Assembly (NCBI GenBank): GCA_000708835.1
Contig: DF237452.1
Coordinates: forward strand, 3,856 to 67,855
Source: Klebsormidium nitens
Lineage: Eukaryota; Plantae; Klebsormidiophyceae
Reading direction: 5' to 3'
DNA length: 64,000 nucleotides
Part shown: one piece after another, positions 37,665 through 49,058 of the stretch
Layout: each line of letters starts with the position of its first letter
Numbering within the stretch: position 1 is the stretch's first letter
Program-made: the position numbers and the translations under genes
Notes under the pieces: model-generated
Database searches by the model: none
The model's input: the letters and a program-made list of their open reading frames with translations, nothing else
What the model was told of the DNA's origin: nothing

Positions 37665-40600
37665 TCAACGTGATCGAACGACTTGGTCAGGCCTCTTACC
37701 AACAGCCTCAACTCGAGGTGTGACGTCGCTCCCAAAAGCTTCAAGCTCCGAAAGCTGCACCCGCTGCTTTTCCAAGAATGTGAGCACCTGCAAGCGTCAA
37801 TAGAAGTCAGTGGCGCTCTGAAATATGAACCAGGTCGTTCATCTTAATCCCTCTTTGATTCATGCTCATTACTGGATCCGGGGTCGCTCTTCCGTCTGAC
37901 TGAGTGGAGGCCAGAAGATCATAAGCTATAGGTGTGAGCAACCAATGGGCACTGGCAAACTCAGAGGTCGCGTGGAATCACATCAAAACTCCACCTGTTA
38001 ACGTTCGTGGTTCGTTTTTAAAACAATCAGAAGAGGGACCTTTCCTCGAGCTTTGATATCGCGGGAGAACAGCCTTCATTACCTAACATGGTTCGAACCA
38101 TTGCAAGAGATACTTCTATCGAAGGTGGCAGTGCAAACGTTGTGACATAACCCCTTATAAGGCGAAGCCAGTGGGAGGAGGCATCCAAAAAGGCTTTGCA
38201 GGTATTGACATGTGCATCAGAAAGCGAGCCTCCGCCACGAACCGCAACTACTACAGGTCCGGTCAAAAACTAGCTGCCTGACCCATGTCCAATCTCAGTC
38301 TGGCCGTCAACTTGTCCCACTCCGAAAATCTGGACCCTTGAATAGGAGCATCCGGCTTTTTGATTGGCACAATTTCAGCGTACTGGGTCAAGTTCTGCAA
38401 ACGCCTCGATTCGAACTCGGATCACGTGGCAGGGTTTGACTAAATATACATTCAGGTAGCAAGCCCAGATTGCAAGAATCCAGGCGTTTCGACATTCCCA
38501 ACTCCACAATCTCGATCGATTTCGGGCGTCGTGCTTATTGTGTTTGCTCCAACATAAGAGCCACACGTTTACCAAGGGCAATGATTTTCCAAGTAAAGGA
38601 CCCAATAAAACGACCAAGTAGAAGTCAGACTCGACCGGCTTTCTCGTCTGGTTTTCCTAATTTTACTCACCACTTTCGTAGGCCACAAAAGACGGCGTGA
38701 ACTTACCTGAGACTCTACATACGCCGCTGCCTGCTTCACGTTCATCGGAGGCTGCCCGAACATGCCGTACAAGTATACGGGATCCTCCGTCAGCTGTGCG
38801 GCCAATTGAACCAGCTCCTCTTGCCACTCGCTCAGGGGGCCATTCCCAGTGGGGGCACTGTGACGGAGCGCCTTTGGGGGGTCGGGAAGCGTCACTGGGG
38901 GAGGAAGGGGAAAGAGAAAATTTAGCGTGTAGGCCGAGGAGTGATGGGTCCGTGGAAAAGGAAGTTGCGGCGCACCTGCTTGAAACAAACCTGAGGTTCC
39001 TTCATGTAGTTCGAACATTTTGGGAGGGTCGGGGAGCGTCACTTTAAAAGGAGGGGGAAGCGCAGATGATTGTTAGCGTGTCAGCTTCGAGTAGGTCTGC
39101 GAGTAATCAGAGGGACGGGCCGGAATAAGGCACCCGCTCGAAAATGGATCAAAAGTCCGTTGCTCAAGGTATGGCGAAAGCGCCTTGGGGGTCCTAGAAG
39201 CGTCATTGCGGACTGGGCGGGAAAAGGGGATATTCATTTGGCATATCAGCGGAAAGTGAGACAACGTGAGGCCTTGGGCGGGTCTGCCTGTGAGTGAGGG
39301 GGCGGGCGACTCGGAAACCGTTTTCAGAAGAGCGCTGAAACCCCTCAGCTTTATCTGAAAACGTTAGAGCGCTTTGGGAGCATCTGGAGGCGTCACTAAG
39401 GAGGAGGGGAGTGAAGACAACGCTTTAGCGCGTCAGCCAAGGGTGACAGAAGCTGAGGCCTTGGGTGGGTCTGCAACTAGTTTGGGAAAAGCAGAGTAGC
39501 GAACCCGCTTGGAGATGTTTGACGAATCTTCTTTTTAGGATACAAAGTTTGCGAGAGCCGGGGAGCGCCATTTATATGGAAATGAAGGAGGCCCCAGCGT
39601 GTCAGCCAAAGACGATGCAAATAGAACACTTGAGGATCTTTGTGAACAGAGACTATTGAGAAGGGGCATGATAAAAAGAAAGTGTGTTGCATGAAACAGT
39701 TGAAATACATTCCTCCTCTTAGATACGGCGCAGCGCTTTGAGACGAAATTCGAAGCTGCAAGGAAGGGGGGCCGCAAGGAAAGGAGCCACGATTGCCTGT
39801 CAAGCAGACAATGTCAAAGCTGAAGTCCTGGTGAAATCTGGAAGCGTCACAGCGACCGTGGGACAGGCATAATAGCGTATAAGCATGGAATTGATACGAT
39901 CAGACGTGGCTTCAGTCGGTCATAGCAAAGCGCCGTACAAACATTTGGAAGCGCCTGTGTGGAGAAGGATCAAGGACGACAAAAATGTCGCCGTATACAC
40001 AAGATGACGAAGTCAAAGTCAGTCTTCTGAGAAAAGCGCGAGGCGGCGCTTTGGAGGGGTCTGGATGGCCCAAAGGCGAAGGGCGGGAGGGCAGCGGAAC
40101 TTGAGCACCATGTTATCTGAGAGTGCAGTCAGAACGGACTGCTGCCACATCGGGTTTCCAAAGTCTCTGGTGAGAACGGAGAGTCAAGGCAGAGACTTGG
40201 AATGATCTAATGATATTCCCAAGTTGCGTACTTGTTCCAAGAGGAAGTTTACGCTGCTTGATGAGCTTGCGTCGGATAAGGTACTTGGTAAGGAATTGGC
40301 TTACTTTAAGGACTGTCGGGCACGATCCTCTCAGATGCTCCAATAGCATCTGACAGTGCTTATGTCATCAAACAAGTACGCAGAACGTTCTGCGGAAAAG
40401 AACCGAAAGGACCGGAGGCGGGAAAGAAACGAAAGACAACGGACGCACATTCACAGACGACCGCGGGTTCACAAACTCGCAAAGCGTGAAGAGGAGTTCA
40501 GACAACGAAAGCGCTTCAGAGGGGCGTATTCTCACTCGGGCAGTCCGTCCTGGGCGTGTCCCGCAGTGTGAATAAGTCCTCGAACGTCGCCGCCCAAGCG

Positions 40601-43600
40601 TCGCGCTTCGTCAGGAAGTCGGAGGAGAGGTTGAACAGTTTCTTGACGGTCGCCGGAATTGATGAGTGCTCGAACTGGCTGCTCGGACTGGGCTTCAGTC
40701 GGGGCTCATGCACAACTGCACAATGAGCGCAATTCAATGTCAGCGACAAAAGTCAGATCTTGCGAGCGGTATCGACAAGATTTAATAAGGAATTCAGATG
40801 ATTAGTTGTCCGAACATTGGGAGTCGGCGAGTTCCTTAATGGTCGGGCTGGGCTTCAACCAGGGCTCGTGAACTACTGCACCAATAAGCGCAATCGAGTG
40901 TCAGTGACCGTCAGAACTCGTAAACAACTGCACCATTAAGCGCAGTCGAGTATCAGTGAACGTCAGAACTCGTTCAACGGCACCAATAAGCACAATTAAG
41001 TGTCAGTGAAAGTCAGTATCTTGCGAGCAGTTCAACAAAGCCTCAAAGGAACCTCAGATGATTTCCAAACTATGTGTAAGTAGGCAACTTTTAGACTGGT
41101 CGGGCTGGGCTTCAATCCGGGGCTCGTGCACAATTGAACAAAGGCGGAGATCAGACAGTCAGTGACAAAGTCGGGTCTTGCGATCTCATATGCTTATCAT
41201 TCCGGATGTTGTGGGAATCAACGGATGTTTGGAAGGCTGGTAGAGACCGGCTTGAGCTGCGGGTCGTTCAATTTGCCCAGAAAGGAAAAGGTCGCGCTTC
41301 CATTTTGTCTCTGATTTGTCACTTGAGGTAACCATGTCAGGATGCAATGCTCAGACTCAGCGTTCAAAAGCATCCGAAGAGCAGCTTTGAGGGGCGAAAA
41401 TACTGACGTCAAAAAAAAAAACAAGCGCAATATAAGCCGCAACTGATAAACTGATCAGAGAACAACTCTAACAAGACTAGTTTGAGCAGCCAATGCGAGA
41501 AAAACGGGGAACCGACAAATCTTCAACAGGTACTCCAGTCCAGCTTGCGTCGGCGTTTGCAGATACTCTTGTTGACAGTACGATTACGATCATCCGTCAT
41601 CTCCGACTCTGCTTCGAAGATATCGACTTCGCAACGTGGCCTCAGGATCCTTTATTCAGGAGCGAAAGCAACGGGCCAACGCACAGTAGCTACTTTGGAG
41701 AAACCATACCAACAAAATTCTCCTGAAAACGGGATTTCTGTGGACGGAAAGAAGCGAGCCAACGCAAATCAAACGCAATGTTCACATCATATATCAATGT
41801 TGGTACGTCATGGAAGGCGCCCTCGCTGTTGGCTTTTACAACTTGACGGCAGACCATCGCCGTGGCCGCATCAGAACGCCGCTCATCCGCTAGCTTTGGA
41901 GTCACAAGCTTTATACCACAACCATCAAGTCCAATGCTTTCCAGACACTCAAAAGCATATGAGCGCTACCCAAAGCGTATGCAAAAAGCCCTCACCAGTG
42001 CCTTTCTCGACCCACGGCGAGATTGCCAGCGTGGCAACCCGCACCCCGAGCCGGTCAAACCCAAAGTTAAAGGGCGGCGGCCCGGTTATTCCGTCCGGGT
42101 TAGGGATTCCGGTTACCGGGGTCGGGACGTGGTCGAAAAACCCGCCGTGCTCATCGTACGTTACGAGCAGCAGGGACTCGTCCCACTGAGGACTTGCGCG
42201 CAACGCCTCGTAAACTTTCTGCAGGAAGGTATGGGGGAATTTCAGTCTTAAACCTATTGTTTTGATCCAGTCTGATATCGTGTCTGTTCGTGAGCGACTG
42301 ATTTGATATTTATCTATGTTCGGACCCTTCAGATCTTTACTATTGGAGTATGTTCTGTAAGGACTCGTCCCATTGGCAATTGGCAAGCACCGCCTCAAGG
42401 GCTTTCTACAACGGAGCCGGGTGAAACATCTGGTTGAAAAGTCCTCCTTTCACCCTTGTTGGTTCTGATCACCCGTTCGGAGTTTTTTGCGAAACAGCGA
42501 GTGAGAAAAACATTCAACAGAGGTCTTTGAGGGGCTCTTAAAAAGCTTTCCGAAACGCAGGGCAGAAGGGCACAGCAGTATGATTGAAACGCAGAACGAA
42601 AGGAAGTTCGACGCAGGGGGGACGTGGTAGATTTTGACGCCCCCTTAGCTCGACGAAGGACAACATGATTCACAATAGCGCGTTTATATTGGCAGGAACG
42701 GCAGATATACTTCCAGCACATGGCGTTACCATTTCGCGCAAGCAGATTGCACGCATCGTGGATTGTCCTGCAGAACGGAGTTGAAAATCGAGGACGAGGC
42801 TCAGCTTTTAGATTTTGAGTTCCGGTTCCCAACCAAACCGGTCGGGTTACCAGCCAAACCACACATGAGGGAAAACCCCAAAAAGACTCGGAAGTTTGGT
42901 TCCTGGGCTCCCAAATGCACAGCCTGATTTACAGTTTCCAGAATTCAGTATTGATTGCTTGAACCCAAACCCTTTCCCTTGCACAGAAACATACAATTCT
43001 CCTTCCCTGCGCCCCAAGGCCCAACTTTGTATAAGAGATATGAAAAGTTGTTACTCCCAATCACAGGATACCCCCCACCAACAACCCCAGATCGAATTAA
43101 CCTAAAGGAAAGGCTCGCTCCACCCTTCAGATCGAGCCAGTTCCAATTAGGCTCTCAGCTGAACCCAGAAGCTTCTCCTCACCTACCAGACAAACTTTGT
43201 AAGGCTTCGACTCCAAATGCGGATGCGAACCCAAAGCTAATCCCAGGTGCGGATACAAACCCTAAACCTGAACCCAAGATTTGGAATGCAAACCGGAGCT
43301 CGAAACCACATCTTGACCCTCAACCGAAGACCCACCTTGAGCATCTTCTGCCCTTCTGCCACGTCATGGCTCGGGTGATTGTCGTTACGTTCTAACCTCG
43401 AAACCGAAACCCTGATCTTAACCCTGAAACAATGGCCCACCTTGAGCATCTTCTGCCCTACCCTCACGGCGAATTCTGACCCTAAAATTGAAACCCTTAT
43501 CGTAACCCTGAGCCGACAACCCACCTTGAGCATTTTCTGCCCTTCCGCCACGTCATGGCTCGGGTGGTCGTCGTTCGCCGGGAAATCCGGAAGGTCAAAA

Positions 43601-46600
43601 TACCGCGGCTCCAGGATGACGTAATTCGGCAGGACCCCCCTTTTCGCGTGGTTGAAAAAGAGGTCGAACGCATGGAAGTTGAACGCGCGGCGCACGGTGC
43701 GCAGGTTCCGGAAGAAGAGCGTCGATGGCAGGTTGGCGAAGTAGACGCCGAAAGAGAGACCGGATTCTTCGATAGAGTCGAAGATGGTCTTCTGGGGGAA
43801 GCCGTGGGTCAACTCCTGCAAGAGAAGAAGAAACAGTATCATGAAGGAGCTGCGGAAGCTGATTGTGAGATAAGTTGTCAGATCCAGGGATTGGGGTGCT
43901 CTTAGATCTGTTTCGTACAGGCCGTGCGTCAGCTTGTGCGAGTGAAGGAAGCACGAGTGTGATAGTCCGCAAAACGAATTCGTGTTTCAGTTTCGGTTTC
44001 AGTATACCTTTGATATCGGTAGAAATTTTTTGCAAAATCTCGAGGGTCAAGCCTGCGGGTAAACCATGCACCGGAAGTGGGGTCCATTAAACCGTCCGAC
44101 GCAAATCCTCTGCCCGAAACCAACAATGAAACATCGGAAGAATGCAACGGAAGAATGCAGAGAGAATTCGGAGCAAAACGAGACACGGACTCTCGTCAGA
44201 TGGTTCTCTAATGAGCAATGAAGATGACGTCAAAGCGTGTAGATGTTGTGGCGCAAGCCTGGGGATACGAACAGCTGTGTTCCGGTACACAGAATTGTAG
44301 TATTGCTTGCTGACCTTCTTATCATTCCACGTGGCGCCATGTGAGGTCGCCGAGTGGATGTAGAGCCGATTGGGCTGTGTCGAGGACGGCACCGCCGCAA
44401 ACCACCTGCCAAAGGACGCGCCACACGTCAGCATGAAGTCATACAAGATGGATCGTCAGAGAGCGCAGGTACCCAGGAAACCGAAACACAGAAAGTAGTG
44501 TGTAACATAGGGGTTCTCGTAAATCGCGCTCAATGTAGAGATGCCAGTGGGTATGAGGAACCAAATTCTGGGCAACGGACACGCATTCTGCAATTGCAAT
44601 CTAGCAATCTGTTTTGGTGGGCATAGGCTGACTGAAAGTTATTGTAATATGCAAAAACGCCCCTCGCGCGGCTCCTGACGAACGAGAAGAGGACCCGTAA
44701 GCAAAACTGGTCATGTTAGTCAGACGAAGCCTTGTGATATTACTCAAACTTGCAATCCAGAATCCAAGCAGCAATGAATTCTTTGGCACAGAAAAGTAAG
44801 CTGGTGTTGACAAAACTCGATTGTATCAGCTTGTGGGCAAACAACGGTCGAATGAGCGACTGTAAAACCTTCAAGCGGCTCGACTCTTTGTTCGAGAGAT
44901 GTAGCGATATTACCAGCTGACCTGTCAAAGAGCGCGAACTCCATGGCGAGTGACGTCAGCGAGGAGACGACTTCGGGCCGGAAGGCGCTCATGACGCGGC
45001 GCCCGAAGCCGGTGAACATGTTGTTGGCGTTCTGGACGAAGCCGTTCATGGGGGGCGGGTCCTGAAGAGAGAAATGAAGGGGAAGAGTTCAAAGAATCCT
45101 TCGACATACTGAAAATTTATTAGATATTCGAACGGACTCCGCTTTGCAAAAGAAGAAAGAGCTTTTTTTTTGGAAAAGGTGATATGAAAACAAAAATAAA
45201 AAAGAACCCAGACATGATGTCGGAAAGAAGACTGATACTCCGATACTAGGGGCATCAGATTGGGGGAAATATTCACAGGAATCGATGCAACGGGTATTGA
45301 CCTTGAGTGTCAGGGGTATGTTCTGAGAACGATCGAAACCGTGCAATCGGCCCTTGTTGGCGTTCTGGACGAAGCTACTCATTAAAAGCAGGTTGTAGGG
45401 GGCACAAAGACCAGAAAGAACCAAGAAATGATGTTGAAAGGGAGACTTCCAGTCGATAATAGGGGCTGCAAATTGCAGGGAGCGGGTGGAATCAATTCAA
45501 CAATTTGAATAACCACGGGTATGCTCGGAAAGACGACGATTGGTAGTCCATCGCATGAACCCTTGATTGGCAAACCGATCATGCGGGGGATTGCCTACTG
45601 AAAGTAGGCATCAACAGTCTTGTGAAACCAAAACCAGGGATGAGTTTGTGGCATCGTCTCTGATCGAGTGTGGTATTCGAGTGTGGTATTTGAGGAACCA
45701 GTCAAAGCCACGTTGAAATTCTCGCGTGTTGGGCAAAGAAATCATCACGACAGGATTCTGGGGAAGAAAAGGGAAAGAACGATGGACAACCAAACCTAAC
45801 CTGAAGAGACATTCATAGCGCGGAACAACAGACATTGCGACTCCTCAAGAAGTAGGAATGAAAGGACGAGATGCGCTCACAATCTGAATCTGATGACTGT
45901 CTGAGTACGAGACAACTTGAAGTGTCGTTGCAGGCCATCTGAAGATATCAAAGCTTGTCGCGGACTTTGAGCTACAGGTAGCATGCACGGAGGGTCCTGT
46001 GCAGGTTGTTTGACGTTTTTTGGGGATGTTCTGAAAACCTGGATTTCTTAGGCCCAAGACATCTTCTACAAGGCTTCTACTGGGCCAAGTTAGACCCTGA
46101 CCGCAAGTCCTCAGAAAGGCGCACATATGCTCAAGAATGACTCATGCTCTACTCATCAGAGCTTTAACGGCCAAAGACGCTGCACAAAGCTCTGTTTTAA
46201 CAAACCCTGACAAGCGTGTGCTTTTGCCCTTTCTTTCTGGCTGACGTTCCACGGGGAGACTTGTTGAGGTAGACATGGTGATACAAATGTGGAAGTTCGG
46301 AGTCTCAAAGCAGAGCCTTGGCAGATCGTGAAGAAGTTGTAAGGGTGCAAAGAATAATCAATAAGCCAACTCATGAGTCCAGTCTAACCGGAGGGGATGG
46401 TGGTTCAAGCTGATGCAAGAACGTGCAGGAAATCATCAAATGATGCAATTGGTGGCAGAGACTCACATAAAATGTAGGGAAGTTTGACAGTGCGATCAAA
46501 GATGAGATGAAGAAACTGAAAGCGCTGGGCTCTGTTGTTTTTTTTAGGCCCTTCAAGCGGCTGTCGAAGACTCCGTGCGACAAAGATGTCCCTGAGTATT

Positions 46601-47430
46601 GACTGAACCAGGGCTTACTACAAGCGTCTGTCTGAACCTTAGACTATCATCGATGGAATCCAACTATCGGGTCGCCTGTTCACTATCCTGCCTCTGTATC
46701 CCTGACAGTTCCCACTATGTGCCTGATAGGAATGCCTCCGGCAGTTCGGACGAATATGACGCTGGCTCAGTGATTCACAGATAAGATCAAACTTGATCAG
46801 CCCTGTGGCGCGTCACACCACCGTACCATCAATGAAACAAACCACCGCCACTACCCCTGAAGATATCTGAACATGCATTTGTACAACAAGTTTGGAGATG
46901 GAGTAAAAGGAAGGAGCAACAATGGGCCAGATTGCGAGCATGTTTGTTAAGAACTGCACGGTGGAAAGCCAGCTAAAGAAACTGTACAGGCCAAAGAATC
47001 AAAGCAGGAGAAAGTGAGAAAGAAAGAGAGGCCAGTTTCTTCGTACCTGCTTTTTCAAATCTGCGTCCATGCCCCCAAAAACCTCCTCCTGGATTGCCTG
47101 GAAGCTATGGCCCGGGTCCGGATCCACGTACTCCGCATCATCCGACACAAACACCCGGGGAGAGTTTGGATCCCTTGCCCTCTCAGGGTTACTTTCCTCC
47201 CCAGTTAGGCCGTCAATTTCTGGGTTAAGCCGCTTCAGCCAGCCGACCATGTGGTCAAAGGAGCGGTTCTCCATAACCAGCAACACGATGGTTTTGATCT
47301 TGCCATCAATCTGTGCCTTTTTGTGGTGGCGTGGCCACAAGTCTTCAAACGGCCAGTCGAGCGCAAGTGCCGGGGTAAGCAACAAAGCGAGCAGGGTTAG
47401 CGTGAGCAGGGGGCGCGGAGGGGAGCCCAT
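37665..47430 (-). CDS. NPC: Non-specific phospholipase C (phosphoesterase family) with signal peptide, NPC1/2/6-like, 539 aa
   Basis: Exons 47430-47047, 45061-44922, 44405-44315, 43815-43525, 42218-41996, 40715-40536, 38894-38707, 37787-37665; 1620 nt, phases consistent. Motifs [114 protein letters not shown]. The last exon (VLTFLEK...) was assigned by similarity to the NPC 'V..FLE' tail and is less certain. Confidence 0.94.
39017..41180 (-). repeat. Degenerate intronic copies of the acceptors and 5' ends of NPC exons 7 and 6
   Basis: Exon-7 start (ag|tgacgcttcccgaccccccaaagg) echoed at about 39017-39060, 39180-39230, 39368-39410, 39830-39850 and 40045-40090. Exon-6 acceptor and start echoed at about 40843-41180. 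Confidence 0.8.
43332..43470 (-). repeat. Two copies of the NPC exon-4 3' end and donor
   Basis: GGGCAGAAGATGCTCAAG|GTGGG recurs 84 and 189 nt downstream of the real donor. The distal copy encodes [17 protein letters not shown]. Confidence 0.9.
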
Positions 47431-47625
47431 CCTTGCCCCTGCCCTTGTCTGTCTTTTTTAAGCTCTGCGAGCGAATACTTCTGTATCAAGGAACCTTGGC
47501 AACACCAATGTTCAGGATTTTCCGCCCTGTCCAGTGCTGCTGGATGGACCTTTTGAAAGCTCAGAGTCTGACTCTAGCATCCCTGCAGGCTGCATGCTAC
47601 ATGCCAGCCATTCATGCCAGCTGAG

Positions 47626-48119
47626 CTGCCCAAGGAGTACGCGTGCCGCTCGCGGGTTCGTCTCATGGTCCAAGTACGCCGATCATTCGCCCGACGACAG
47701 GCTCATCCCTGCAGCCATAGAGACCTTTGGCTGTTTTGGCGGTCCGTTCGACCGGCTCCTCCATATGTGCGCCCAGCGCGCAGCAGCTCTGCGAGTCAGC
47801 GATGAGAGTCAGGTTGGAGACGAGGCTTCTCGTCTGCTGCGTTATTACCGTCAGCGCATCTCAGTCAGTCTACAGCGCAGCCAGGCCAGAGCCGTTCATC
47901 ATCGATCAGCTCGTGCAGTTCAGAGCACGCTAGGTGCGCGGCCTCTGGCGATGACTGGTTTCGTTAGTCGCGTTGATTTGTTCACGATTGCTGGAGCGAG
48001 GCATAGCAGTGAGGAGTGACATTTGAGGTGCTGTGGCACTCACATGCGACATTGAGTTGGCTTGGCCAACGACCATTGTTCAGATTGATATTGATATTGA
48101 TATTGATATTGATATTGAT
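47626..48119 (+). mobile_element. 5'-truncated non-LTR retrotransposon fragment: C-terminal restriction-like endonuclease (RLE) region, CRE-like, with tandem-repeat 3' tail
   Basis: The ORF ending at 48019 encodes SKYADHSPDDRLIPAAIETFGCFGG...LLRYYRQRISVSLQRSQARAV, which fits the K..KY / P...E..G / Y.RQR.SV.LQR pattern of RLE-bearing elements. It is followed about 65 nt later by (ATTGAT)6. The 5' boundary is approximate and no TSD was seen. Confidence 0.72.
48084..48119 (+). repeat. (ATTGAT)6 tandem tail
   Basis: Six exact copies. Confidence 0.95.
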
Positions 48120-49058
48120 TCCGTCGGACTCGGCTGTAGTATCCGCGAGCGGAACACGCAGTGCCAAGCGTGCCTAGGCGGAATGCAGCAGGGCAGCGGG
48201 CGCTAAATTAAGTTTGTAAAGTGTACCGTACTGCACTGCAGCCAGGATGTGAGTCAGTTCCCACGAGCTAGCCTAGTGGCCGGTGTATGAAGCAACTGCG
48301 AGCAGTGTGGCCAGTTACCGCTCAGTTTTTGATGTTAATTCCCATGATGCATGAATTGCGTCGGGATATGCAAGAGCACAATTCCTCATCGGGTGGTCAC
48401 ATCTTCAGAAACTACCGCATGTTCAAGTTGCTCGGGAAGCTGAGCATCTTCAAGGTCGATCCTATATCTACGTCTTGAATGCTTCACGTTACACCAACAT
48501 ATTACATAGGCATGTGACAAACGGAAGCTCAACGATGTACGATTGTGCATCACCTCCATTGAGCAGTCCGACTCGGAGCGACCTCTTCCCTTTCCTGGTG
48601 TCCACTGAACCACTTTCCAAACGTTGGGGCTGTCGAACCAAGAATATGGAATGAATCTTGGCCGCCTTGATTCTTTCAAAACGGACGGTATTTATGGGCG
48701 TATGCACTCTTGAATCAGCAGATTCAAGCTTCAGAATAGCAAAGTTCTGCGATCATTAACTGTCGGCAATGCCCTTTTGAAGTACAGTACTTAGCTCTGT
48801 AACTAAGCTGCGGCAACCTAGCGCTGCCGCAACCTAAAGTGAGTCGACTCTGTGTTCCTGTAAAGGTTTACACAACTTCGTTACATCTTAAGGCTACTTC
48901 GAACAAGAAAACAATTGTACGCTTTGGTCAGTCGCAAACGACTTGGATCGTGACGTCCTGGAAAGGTACTCTACTATGTGGCGCTGCTTTTAAACGTTGT
49001 TGCATACAACGAATGATACACTGATATGATAAACTCACGTTGTGCACTTTACGCGCCC

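Noticed and set aside
38260-38390. Exon-like [14 protein letters not shown]... as the NPC last exon
   Set aside because: The exon at 37787-37665 (V..FLE) fits the NPC C-terminal pattern better. Left as an unproven alternative.
45592-45610. Hairpin tgcctact-gaa-agtaggca as a Helitron 3' end or terminator
   Set aside because: No CTRR terminus downstream, and bacterial-type terminators are irrelevant here. An isolated 8-bp stem can occur by chance.
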